This document shows positions 39,520-47,973 of a DNA stretch of 64,000 nucleotides, one piece after another (position 1 is the stretch's first letter; every line of letters begins with the position of its first letter). Both the position numbers and the translations under genes were made by a program. Origin of the DNA: an uncultured Pseudomonadales bacterium (GTDB lineage Bacteria; Patescibacteriota; Microgenomatia; UBA1400; PJMF01); NCBI GenBank assembly GCA_964620965.1, contig CAZUHV010000003.1, positions 12,777 to 76,776 of the forward strand, read 5' to 3'. A model generated the notes under the pieces. The model saw nothing but the letters and a program-made list of their open reading frames with translations. It did no database searches and had not been told where the DNA came from.

Positions 39520-39858
39520 CTAATCCTTATAGACAACTGTAAACCTCAATAATAAATACAATAACAAGATTTGCCAATAAATACAAAAAAAAGTAATAAC
39601 ATTGGAAATAAAGCTGATCCAATCACAAGCAAAAAAGTGAGTTGCAGAACAACTGAAAAGCAGTTGCACTGTTGGAACCAAAACCGATTTCCAAAAAACT
39701 GTTAAAAAGCTCAGAAAAAAACTAGGGAGCAGTGTCATCCAAACAAATAGCTTTTGCTTCACAAGAGACTGCATTGTTTGATATGGGTGCAATAAAAGAC
39801 CAGTTGTAATTTGTCCTAAAGAATACACTACAGAAAAAAAGACTCTTCTTGTTTTCAT
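39520..39858 (-). CDS. Hypothetical membrane protein (possible anti-sigma component)
   Basis: 112-aa ORF with 3-4 TM segments. It is translationally coupled (4-nt overlap) to the upstream small gene and the ECF sigma gene. Confidence 0.35.
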   Translation of the reverse strand: MKTRRVFFSVVYSLGQITTGLLLHPYQTMQSLVKQKLFVWMTLLPSFFLSFLTVFWKSVLVPTVQLLFSCSATHFFACDWISFISNVITFFCIYWQILLLYLLLRFTVVYKD

Positions 39859-40046
39859 AGTTTTTTAACGACCTCAACAATAACTGCAGAAAATATAGAA
39901 ATGAGGGATAAACTTAACAATGTATTTTCACCTATAAAAGAGGTAATTGGATCAAATGCTTTTGGAATAACTCTAGAGTTATAGAGCTTTTTTTGCAGTA
40001 CTGCTTCTTGTTGTAATTTTTTTAAAAAATCATCATTCATACTCAA
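39855..40046 (-). CDS. Hypothetical small single-TM protein (possible anti-sigma factor)
   Basis: 63-aa ORF lying 4 nt downstream of the ECF sigma gene. Confidence 0.3.
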   Translation of the reverse strand: MSMNDDFLKKLQQEAVLQKKLYNSRVIPKAFDPITSFIGENTLLSLSLISIFSAVIVEVVKKL

Positions 40047-40049
40047 AAC

Positions 40050-40574
40050 TTAAATTACTAACCATAGTTCCTTAAATTCTTTGCGAGCCCTAAAAAGATC
40101 TGACTCTATAGATTTGCTACTCTTCCCTAATTCTTTTGCAATGACAGCAACTTTCTTTTCATCTGCATATTTCAAAAGTAGTAATTCACTATAGTCTGCT
40201 CGCATATGTGAAAGCACTTGTCTCACCTTTTGAGAAACTTCATCACTATCAGAGATTTGATTTATCGGAATTAACTCAGAGAGCGGAATTGTTTTTAATG
40301 CTTTTTTTGCGTACTTCTTCCTAAAGTAATCTGATATCTCATGCCGAGCAATAGAGTTCATCCAAGTCCAAATACTTGATTTTCCCAAAAAAAGTGGCAA
40401 ATGCTTAAGACAATTTAAAAATGTCTGTTGAGTAATTTCTTCAGCATCTTTTTTATTAGAAACCTTGACCTCAACAATTCGTAGTAACCTAATAAAATAA
40501 AGGTCAAACCAAGTTTTAACCGCAGATTCATCACCAGTTTTTAGCTGAGCTATAAGTTCTGTATCTTCTATCAT
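40050..40574 (-). CDS. RNA polymerase sigma factor, ECF subfamily
   Basis: Region 2 (...DLYFIRLLRIV...ITQQTFLN...) and region 4 helix-turn-helix (YSELLLLKYADEKKVAVIAKELGKSSKSIESDLFRARKEFKEL). Confidence 0.65.
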   Translation of the reverse strand: MIEDTELIAQLKTGDESAVKTWFDLYFIRLLRIVEVKVSNKKDAEEITQQTFLNCLKHLPLFLGKSSIWTWMNSIARHEISDYFRKKYAKKALKTIPLSELIPINQISDSDEVSQKVRQVLSHMRADYSELLLLKYADEKKVAVIAKELGKSSKSIESDLFRARKEFKELWLVI

Positions 40575-40672
40575 TGATAGTTATTCTACATCAAAATTGA
40601 ATAAATATTCATCTTCCAGATCAAAGGCGATACTTTTCATCAAGTAAAGCCTGCTATATAATAGTCATATAT

Positions 40673-41047
40673 ATGTTTTTTGGAATAATACCTACAGTAT
40701 TTGCTCAAGAGGAAGTCAGCCCTTGTGGTGCTGGCAACGGAGGTATTAATCTTGGAAACTGTCTCAAACTTTCTGATAGTACTAGAGTTAGTGCTACCTA
40801 CGATACACCAGCATTTTTAGTTAATCTTATTATTAGTAACTTATTTGTTGTTGCTGGAGTAATTTTTTTCTTAATGTTAATTGTTGCAGGATTCAAGTTT
40901 ATTACTGGTGGCCAAAAAGGTGCTGAAGAAGCAAAAAATATTATAACTACTTCTCTAATCGGTTTTATTATTATGTTTGCAGCCTACTGGATTATCCAAA
41001 TTGTTGCATTGTTAACTGGTATTACAATTCCTGGAGTAAGCACCTAA
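40673..41047 (+). CDS. T4SS pilin-like protein, paralog 1 of 8
   Basis: Short leader MFFGIIPTVFAQ. Core LFVVAGVIFFLMLIVAGFKFITGGQKGAEEAKNIITTSLIGFIIMFAAYW. C-terminus GITIPG. Confidence 0.6.
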   Translation: MFFGIIPTVFAQEEVSPCGAGNGGINLGNCLKLSDSTRVSATYDTPAFLVNLIISNLFVVAGVIFFLMLIVAGFKFITGGQKGAEEAKNIITTSLIGFIIMFAAYWIIQIVALLTGITIPGVST

Positions 41048-41048
41048 T

Positions 41049-41456
41049 ATGACATTTTTTAAAATTCCAACCGTCTACGCTCAAACTGATCCCAACGAAC
41101 TTGTCGGAGATTTGGAAATTCCTAAGGGTGTAGATCTCATAAACCAAGATGCTGGTGGAATTGGAGTAATTTTATTTATTTCAAACATGATCAAGTTTGT
41201 CATTATTCTTGGAGGAATCTGGGCATTAATTAACATTATTTTTGCTGCATTTGCATATCTTACAGGAGGTGGGAAAGCAGACTCACACACTAAAGTTAAA
41301 GATAGATTTACTATGAGTATTATCGGGCTTATCTTAATGATTGTAGCGTATACAGTCGCTGCACTGGTTGGACAAATTTTCTATGGAGATCCAAACTTTA
41401 TTTTAAACCCAACATTAGAAGCTATTGCACAACCAACACCGACCCCAACACCATAA
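41049..41456 (+). CDS. T4SS pilin-like protein, paralog 2 of 8
   Basis: Leader MTFFKIPTVYAQ. Core ...ILGGIWALINIIFAAFAYLTGGGKADSHTKVKDRFTMSIIGLILMIVAYT...FYGDPNFILNPTLEA. C-terminus is a PT tail. Confidence 0.6.
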   Translation: MTFFKIPTVYAQTDPNELVGDLEIPKGVDLINQDAGGIGVILFISNMIKFVIILGGIWALINIIFAAFAYLTGGGKADSHTKVKDRFTMSIIGLILMIVAYTVAALVGQIFYGDPNFILNPTLEAIAQPTPTPTP

Positions 41457-41457
41457 T

Positions 41458-42057
41458 ATGAAAGTACTACTAATAAAAACACTTAGAAACTTTATACTTA
41501 CCTTCTTTACAGGACTTCTGTTTGCAGGAGTATTTTTTTCGGCAACTCTTATTTCTCCAAAACCTACTCTTGCTGCTTGCAGATATGCAGGCCAATGTGA
41601 TGATAATAGTATTTGTAGATGCCGAGAAGATTTAAATCCAATCGCTTGTTACTACATGGTTCGGTATGGAGATCCAGAGTCTGCATTAGTTCATAGTGAC
41701 GAAGCTTGTGGTTCTGCAATTATCGGTGGGGTTGAACCACCAGATGCAGTTGCAGCAATTAACCAGCAATCTGGCGGAGATATTGGCTTAATTTTCTTTA
41801 TTTCCAGAATAATAAATTTTGCCAATATTATAGCTGGGATCTTGGTCATGATTAATTTTGTCTACTCAGGATTTCTGTATGTTACAGGGGCTGGAAATGC
41901 TTCAAATATGTCTAAAATTAACGAAAGAATGATGTGGAGTGTTGTTGGGATATTAATGATCGTTGGATCTTATACACTTGCAGCAATTTTTGGATTGGTA
42001 TTCTACGGAGACCCAACATTTGTTATCAACCCAACTTTAACAGGAGCACTTAACTAA
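41458..42057 (+). CDS. T4SS pilin-like protein, paralog 3 of 8, with a Cys-rich N-terminal insertion
   Basis: The start is taken at MKVLLIKT; the ORF track starts at 41425, overlapping the previous gene. A 6-Cys segment CRYAGQCDDNSICRCREDLNPIACYY...EACGS precedes the pilin core. The C-terminus FYGDPTFVINPTLTG is shared with paralog 2. Confidence 0.55.
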   Translation: MKVLLIKTLRNFILTFFTGLLFAGVFFSATLISPKPTLAACRYAGQCDDNSICRCREDLNPIACYYMVRYGDPESALVHSDEACGSAIIGGVEPPDAVAAINQQSGGDIGLIFFISRIINFANIIAGILVMINFVYSGFLYVTGAGNASNMSKINERMMWSVVGILMIVGSYTLAAIFGLVFYGDPTFVINPTLTGALN

Positions 42058-42087
42058 TTACTTGGTATATAATAGAAAAGAATACAT

Positions 42088-42465
42088 ATGATACTACCTA
42101 CACTTATCGCACAATTTGGGGAAGGATTTAAATCTCAATCCCCTCTTACAGACGGAGCAGAACTAGATCCAGGAAAAAACCTTGAACTTATTCTTTCTAA
42201 TGTCTTTGGATTTTTCACTATTATTGGAGGAATTTTCTTTATCGTATACTTTTTAATTGCAGCAATGGAATGGATTACCTCTGGTGGTGATTCTGGGAAA
42301 CTAACCAACGCAAGAAACAAAATGATGCAAGGAATTCTTGGTTTAGTTATTTTGGTTGCTGCATATGGAATACTTGGAATCATTGGTAGCTTAATTGGTA
42401 TCAACCTACTAACTCCTGCAGCACTTTTGGATACAATCACTCCAGGACAAGGAGGAGGAAACTAA
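42088..42465 (+). CDS. T4SS pilin-like protein, paralog 4 of 8
   Basis: Leader MILPTLIAQ. Core IGGIFFIVYFLIAAMEWITSGGDSGKLTNARNKMMQGILGLVILVAAY. Confidence 0.65.
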   Translation: MILPTLIAQFGEGFKSQSPLTDGAELDPGKNLELILSNVFGFFTIIGGIFFIVYFLIAAMEWITSGGDSGKLTNARNKMMQGILGLVILVAAYGILGIIGSLIGINLLTPAALLDTITPGQGGGN

Positions 42466-42470
42466 ACCCT

Positions 42471-42905
42471 ATGAAAATAACAAAAAAAATATCAGCTCTC
42501 GCACTATCTGCAACAACATTTTTAGCCATTACCCTCCCTGTTTTTGCACAAACCGAAGGCACCGGAATTACTAATCCTGTGATTGGAGGACTTGGAGATA
42601 ATCCAGAAACAGCTGCCACTGGAGAACTAGCAACAAACTATTTCGTAGATATTTGGAATACACTTATTAGTATAGGTGGATTGGTAGTCATTGTTATGTT
42701 CCTTTGGGGAGCTCTCGAATGGATTACCGCAGGCGGGGATTCTGGAAAAATAGAAAAAGCTCGAAACAAAATTACTCAAGCTATCATAGGTTTAGTTATT
42801 TTAGTTAGCTCATTTGTAATTCTTGGCTTTATCAGTCAAGTGTTCTTTGGAGATGAGTTCTCTATCTTGAATTTAACATTCACAAGGCCAGGAGGAACTG
42901 AATAA
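42471..42905 (+). CDS. T4SS pilin-like protein, paralog 5 of 8
   Basis: The signal peptide ends PVFAQ. Core WGALEWITAGGDSGKIEKARNKITQAIIGLVILVSSF. Confidence 0.7.
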   Translation: MKITKKISALALSATTFLAITLPVFAQTEGTGITNPVIGGLGDNPETAATGELATNYFVDIWNTLISIGGLVVIVMFLWGALEWITAGGDSGKIEKARNKITQAIIGLVILVSSFVILGFISQVFFGDEFSILNLTFTRPGGTE

Positions 42906-43342
42906 TGAAAAAATTACTTATAGCTTTTTTAATTGGTTTAGGTATTTTCTTTAGCTATACAACGTTGGCAAGCCACTCTTATTCACAAGTATTTGCACAA
43001 GCAGATGTCCAACTTGATTTTGGGGGCATTGCAAAAGATAAAGAAGTCATTGGCACTGCAGATTATAACCCAGCAGACGGTGGGGCTGGTTTTGGAGCTC
43101 TAATTGGAAGAATTTTAAACATCGTAATAGTAATCGCAGCACTCATGCTATTCTTAATGCTTCTTTGGGGTGGCTTTGAATGGATTACCTCTGGTGGTGA
43201 TAAAGGTAAAGTTGAAAAAGCAAGAAACAGAATCACTCAGTCAATTATTGGAATGATTGTTTTGGCGGCAACTATTGCAATTTTTGCAATACTACAAACA
43301 GCACTTGGATTTGAAGTGCTTACCTTTACTGCAGGAGCATAA
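42905..43342 (+). CDS. T4SS pilin-like protein, paralog 6 of 8
   Basis: The signal peptide ends QVFAQ. Core WGGFEWITSGGDKGKVEKARNRITQSIIGMIVLAATIA. TAATG overlap with paralog 5. Confidence 0.7.
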   Translation: MKKLLIAFLIGLGIFFSYTTLASHSYSQVFAQADVQLDFGGIAKDKEVIGTADYNPADGGAGFGALIGRILNIVIVIAALMLFLMLLWGGFEWITSGGDKGKVEKARNRITQSIIGMIVLAATIAIFAILQTALGFEVLTFTAGA

Positions 43343-43385
43343 ATACTAAAACATAGCGCCTTATTTAAAATAAAAAATTACAAAC

Positions 43386-43414
43386 TTGCAGTATGTATCA
43401 AGTACAAGTATAAT
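43386..43414 (+). promoter_or_regulatory. Near-consensus sigma-70-type promoter (TTGCAG-17 nt-TATAAT) upstream of pilin paralog 7
   Basis: TTGCAG at 43386-43391, a 17-nt spacer, then TATAAT at 43409-43414. The RBS AGGAAA lies about 8 nt before the ATG at 43463. Confidence 0.45.
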
Positions 43415-43462
43415 TAAATAATAAGTAGTCAGTAATAAACTGAAAAGTAATAAAGGAAACAT

Positions 43463-43840
43463 ATGAGAAACAAACTCAATGGTTTAGCACTAAGTGCAGC
43501 AGCATTTGTCACTGCAGTTCCAGCTGTGTTTGCACAAAACACAAATGTTAGTGACATCGAAACTCCAGACTTCTTCTTTACAGATGTTGGTGTTTTAATC
43601 AACAAGGCACTTAACTTCGTTATGGTTCTTGGTGCTTTATTAGTATTCATGTACCTCATCTGGGGTGGTATTGAATGGATTACCTCTGGTGGTGATAAAG
43701 GTAAGACAGAGTCTGCACGTAACAAGATTACAGCTGCAGTTCTCGGTTTGATCGTCCTCGCAGCTGCATGGGCAATCTTAGGATTAGTCCTCAAATTCTT
43801 AGGTGCAGGAGACTTGAACTCATTAATCGATCAACTTTAA
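43463..43840 (+). CDS. T4SS pilin-like protein, paralog 7 of 8 (candidate major pilin)
   Basis: The signal peptide ends AVFAQ. Core WGGIEWITSGGDKGKTESARNKITAAVLGLIVLAAAWA. Codon usage is distinct and C-ending-rich. The gene has its own promoter and a strong terminator. Confidence 0.7.
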   Translation: MRNKLNGLALSAAAFVTAVPAVFAQNTNVSDIETPDFFFTDVGVLINKALNFVMVLGALLVFMYLIWGGIEWITSGGDKGKTESARNKITAAVLGLIVLAAAWAILGLVLKFLGAGDLNSLIDQL

Positions 43841-43867
43841 TACAAATTAATTTTTGATTTTAAAAAA

Positions 43868-43890
43868 GCCCCTCTTTTGAGGGGCTTTTT
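43868..43890 (+). terminator. Rho-independent terminator after pilin paralog 7
   Basis: gcccctc-tttt-gaggggc hairpin followed by ttttt. Confidence 0.65.
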
Positions 43891-43924
43891 GGTGTAAAAA
43901 ATAATGATATAATCAACTCTAGAT

Positions 43925-44347
43925 ATGATACTAGAAAAAAAATTAAATAAACTCGAAAAACTTTTTACTGTTATAGTTGCGTATCTATACTCAACCTCTC
44001 CTGCGTTTGCACAAACTGTATCTTGGTCTGGAGTCTGTGTTGGTGGAGCTGGAAACGATGTTGCAACTATTCAAGGACTTGAATGTTTAATTGCAAATGT
44101 CTTTACAGTTATCATTACCCTTATTGGTCTAGCCGCATTTGTAATGCTTATTGTTGGCTCAGTTAGATGGCTCATGTCTGGCGGAAATTCTTCTGCTTTA
44201 GATAAAGCAAGAAGTACTATGACATACGCAATCATTGGAATTGTTGTTGCACTCAGTGCCTTTATTGTCTTAAACCTGATTTCTGGATTTACCGGAGTAG
44301 ATACTATTCAAGAATTTAGAATTCCTACTTCAGACGAAGGCTTGTAA
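43925..44347 (+). CDS. T4SS pilin-like protein, paralog 8 of 8
   Basis: The signal peptide ends PAFAQ. A Cys pair (GVCVGG...GLEC) precedes core LIGLAAFVMLIVGSVRWLMSGGNSSALDKARSTMTYAIIGIVVALSAF. Confidence 0.6.
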   Translation: MILEKKLNKLEKLFTVIVAYLYSTSPAFAQTVSWSGVCVGGAGNDVATIQGLECLIANVFTVIITLIGLAAFVMLIVGSVRWLMSGGNSSALDKARSTMTYAIIGIVVALSAFIVLNLISGFTGVDTIQEFRIPTSDEGL

Positions 44348-44405
44348 AAAAGTATTCAGTAAAAACATCCCTGAAAAAATACTCTTCACAAGGTATAATA
44401 TTGTT

Positions 44406-47400
44406 GTGCACATAAAGTTTTTAAAACTGCTAGCAACACAGTTGTCTATTTTGTTCTTCTTAGCAATGTCTCTTGTTATTCCGAAATTTGCTCTTGCGTC
44501 TGAACTAATTGGAACACATCTTGGTGAAGGAGACGTTGGTTATCAAATTAATATCATTAGAAACGTTCTTATTCCGAACGGCTTAGAACCTGGAAGCCCT
44601 GTCACTGTCATGGTTCCTGTTACCATGATTCAAGACAGCCAACTAGGAACTGTCCAAGAGTTGGCAAATGCTGTGAGTTCTGCTGGATACTTTCCAATTG
44701 TGAGAATAAATGGAGTTTGTTCAAATTTTTCTGCTGAAACAGGAAAGGGACCGGGAGAAACTGTAGATGCTGTCAGAAGCATTTTTGGTTCTCAGGCACT
44801 CATTGTTTGGGGAAACGAAATCAACAACAAAGAAAATGAGTGTAATGACTGGCAAAAATATCTTTCCGACTATATTCAAATCGAAGGCAGACCAAACGTT
44901 AGCCCTGCTGCACTAGATTATTACATGGGTAACCCCGACTTTACCGTAAGCAAGATGTTTGCAGATACTCCAGGTATGGAGGCAATTTTCAATACATCCC
45001 CACGAGCTGCGAATGCTTATGGTTGTGTTGGTTCAAATAGCGCAGACTGTGATCCTAGTTCAACCACAACTCAAGAAGTTGGATATGGATCTGTAGGAAA
45101 CCCTTTTTATTTAACTGAGTTTTCTTTGTCTCCAGGAGGGAATGCTAGTGATGCTCCAGACACAGATATTGCAAAAGTCCTAGAATTTATTGCATCTCGA
45201 GCTGGAGAAACAGGAGCTCAAAAAGTTACACCACTTGTAAGAAATGTTTGTAATAATGACAGCGCTTGGCTTATCTACATCAACGGAAAACTGTTTACAC
45301 CTCAAGGGAATGAAGTCAGTGAAAACTGTGAGGGAATTTCTGGTGGTTCTGGATATGACTTAAGTAGGTATCCCGAATATGGAGTTGATGAAACGAAATC
45401 ATACATTACTCCAATAAGAAACTTAATAGACGGAGCAAGTACTCAATACACAGTTGCAGCACTTAGAGAAGAATTAGCAAAACAAGGATATGAAGCATAT
45501 TGTGCCAGTGAAAATATCAAAATTGATCCTAAATATGACACAGAAGAACTAATCAATAGGTATTTTGAATTATACCCAGATGGAGTTCAAATACTTGAAG
45601 CTGACTCTGTTGAGACTTTAAGCACTACCAATGCTCAGTATCCCCTTTGGCGTGACGTTAGTAATAAACAATTTTTACTAACTTCCCTAGAAGAATATTT
45701 TGGATTTAAAGATATTTATCAATCAGATCCTGGAGCAAGTGTCCTTACCAGTGCTCCTATAAATTCCCTACTCTCTGAGCCTCAAATGTGTGTACAAGGC
45801 TGGAAAAATTTAGTTGCACAAGAACTCGCTTGTGAACGTTTACAAAATCCAGGAGAATGTGAGCTTTTTACCAGACCAATTCCAGGAACCAGCTATACTG
45901 TTAAAACATTATTAGATGCTCTTAAAGCATATGAACCAGGATATAGAGAAGGAATGGCAACTAAAGGTTGTACAAACCTAGTAGCTGGGGATCGTCTGTT
46001 AAACCCAAAACTATTTGAGGGACTTATTAATACTCCAACATATTTTGACAGAGCGTATAGATACGGCTTTATTGTTGCTGTTATTCATGCAAAAAGCCCA
46101 TTGACTGATTCTGGAAATATCGCAGCAAGAATCTTCAACTTTTTCACAGAAAGCACCAGAACAGAAGAACCAAGAGACGAAGTATTGGTAGCTGCATTTA
46201 AATTACCAGATATAGCAACAAACAAATTCCAAGATGAGACTAACGGTGTACAGTTTTGGGATGATCCACTCTCTTTAACAAGATTAGTTCTTTCTAATCA
46301 TGAAAGAAATGAATTGCATGCTAAAGATTTTGATAAAACAAATGCTGTACGGTCTCGTACAGAAACTGCAGCAGATTTATTTGAAAATGCAAATGACGCA
46401 AAAGTTCAAAACTCTGGTAGTAAAATCTTCTGTTCTATTTCTTCTGAAGATGGAGATGGAAACCAAGTCATCACAAAAGCAAGTACTTCATGTAGAAATA
46501 ACATGACAAAAGCACTCACTGATATTATCAATGGAAATGCACAAGGATGTGGAGACGTTGAAGCTGTCAATGTTATTAAAGATATTGCAGGACTTGATAA
46601 TCCAGAAGAAAAATATGGAAGAGTTTTTAATGGCGACAATGGTTTAGAAGTAATTCTTAATCTATTTAAAGGTGATAAAACTCATCCAGCTGCTGGAAGT
46701 GGACAACAAACCGATCCGCAACGTGCTGAAACTAATGATCCTGCAGAAAAACTCAAATCTTTATTTACCCTCTCAAAAGACACTTGGGGTTCACGCGAAG
46801 GTGGCACAACTGTAGATTTTTATGTAGTCTACCCTATGGGATTTGAGCTTAATGCAGTAGAAGATGCTATGAAGGGTGCTTTCTTTACGAAAGCGCAAAT
46901 TGCTGCTCTTGATAGTCAACAAATTGTAGATGGATTTCCACTTACCGGACAAAGCATGAGTCTTTCTGCTGGTAGTGATGGATTTGAATATATTGATCCA
47001 GAAAAAACTGCCGCTGGAGATTGTGGAACAGAACAACCTGTTGATCCAATTACAGGTCTTCCAGTTGGAACTCCAGTTCCAAAGCCGTGTACCCAAGATG
47101 TAAGTGTTACCCTTTCTCAAGAAAGTGGTGGAGTTGGAATTCTTGGTGCAAAACTTGGCTTCTGGATGAGAAAAATTCAAACTCAACTCAGTTCTAGAAC
47201 AGGTGAAGCATGGAAATACTTTTCTTCTTGCAAAACAACTGAAGAATTTATGTTAGGAAAATGTACTGGAGGTAGCTTCGCAGGTTCTGATGATAATACT
47301 GGAGATGGATCTCCGGGAACCTCTGGAGATGATCTTGTTTCTGTTGCTCAATGTAATGGAGGCCCAAGAATAACTGCAGGAGGAGATGCTGAACATGTTT

Positions 47401-47927
47401 CTACTACTGGAACTGGAGCCTGTGCAGGAAAAGAAACAAATGAGTATGTTCCAAGTATTCATAACGTTTCAAATTGGAAAAGTCCTGGTGATGCTGTAAT
47501 CGATTGTGAAGACCTCTACTCCTATGCCGATTGTACATATCCTGAGTCACTTGTTCAGAACCCTGTTAATAGTTCTGGAAAATTTGTTGAGAATGGTAAT
47601 GTCACTGCATGCCAGTATGTGGTAAACAAAGCAAAAGAACTTGGAGTTAGCCCTCGCCTAGCTCTTGCAATGTGGGGAGAAGAATCTGGGTTTAGTCACT
47701 ATAGAGTTCCAGATTTAGGGGTTATTTCACAACCAGCTCAAGACCTTGAGGCTCAAGTAACTAGCTTTGCAAACACTTTAAAGTCATACAGTAATTATAT
47801 AGACTTTTTGGAAGCTTATTCTGGTGAAGAAAGAGGAGATAACGACCCAAGTCCAAATCAATTCTGTAATAATCTGTACTTCCTAGCAAGACTAAAAGTC
47901 TTCTATGACTCTCTAGGACCTAGATAG
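44406..47927 (+). CDS. Large secreted protein of unknown function (1173 aa), in the T4SS-like locus
   Basis: Signal peptide MHIKFLKLLATQLSILFFLAMSLVIPKFALA. No TM segments after it. Cys-containing. No family recognised. Confidence 0.55.
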   Translation: MHIKFLKLLATQLSILFFLAMSLVIPKFALASELIGTHLGEGDVGYQINIIRNVLIPNGLEPGSPVTVMVPVTMIQDSQLGTVQELANAVSSAGYFPIVRINGVCSNFSAETGKGPGETVDAVRSIFGSQALIVWGNEINNKENECNDWQKYLSDYIQIEGRPNVSPAALDYYMGNPDFTVSKMFADTPGMEAIFNTSPRAANAYGCVGSNSADCDPSSTTTQEVGYGSVGNPFYLTEFSLSPGGNASDAPDTDIAKVLEFIASRAGETGAQKVTPLVRNVCNNDSAWLIYINGKLFTPQGNEVSENCEGISGGSGYDLSRYPEYGVDETKSYITPIRNLIDGASTQYTVAALREELAKQGYEAYCASENIKIDPKYDTEELINRYFELYPDGVQILEADSVETLSTTNAQYPLWRDVSNKQFLLTSLEEYFGFKDIYQSDPGASVLTSAPINSLLSEPQMCVQGWKNLVAQELACERLQNPGECELFTRPIPGTSYTVKTLLDALKAYEPGYREGMATKGCTNLVAGDRLLNPKLFEGLINTPTYFDRAYRYGFIVAVIHAKSPLTDSGNIAARIFNFFTESTRTEEPRDEVLVAAFKLPDIATNKFQDETNGVQFWDDPLSLTRLVLSNHERNELHAKDFDKTNAVRSRTETAADLFENANDAKVQNSGSKIFCSISSEDGDGNQVITKASTSCRNNMTKALTDIINGNAQGCGDVEAVNVIKDIAGLDNPEEKYGRVFNGDNGLEVILNLFKGDKTHPAAGSGQQTDPQRAETNDPAEKLKSLFTLSKDTWGSREGGTTVDFYVVYPMGFELNAVEDAMKGAFFTKAQIAALDSQQIVDGFPLTGQSMSLSAGSDGFEYIDPEKTAAGDCGTEQPVDPITGLPVGTPVPKPCTQDVSVTLSQESGGVGILGAKLGFWMRKIQTQLSSRTGEAWKYFSSCKTTEEFMLGKCTGGSFAGSDDNTGDGSPGTSGDDLVSVAQCNGGPRITAGGDAEHVSTTGTGACAGKETNEYVPSIHNVSNWKSPGDAVIDCEDLYSYADCTYPESLVQNPVNSSGKFVENGNVTACQYVVNKAKELGVSPRLALAMWGEESGFSHYRVPDLGVISQPAQDLEAQVTSFANTLKSYSNYIDFLEAYSGEERGDNDPSPNQFCNNLYFLARLKVFYDSLGPR

Positions 47928-47973
47928 GTTGCACTCCTAACTTAAATTTTATTTTAGAATGGAAAATTTATCT

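Noticed and set aside
40673-41456. Very short leaders (about 12 aa) of pilin paralogs 1, 2 and 4 as evidence of wrong starts or non-Sec export
   Set aside because: Upstream in-frame sequence is closed by a stop at 40598-40600 for paralog 1, and I found no alternative start codon. The short leaders are left as annotated but flagged as uncertain rather than given a new mechanism.
46300-47462. Several 60-130-aa ORFs on both strands
   Set aside because: All are nested inside the long, uninterrupted 1173-aa ORF 44406-47927. The long ORF is the more parsimonious gene.
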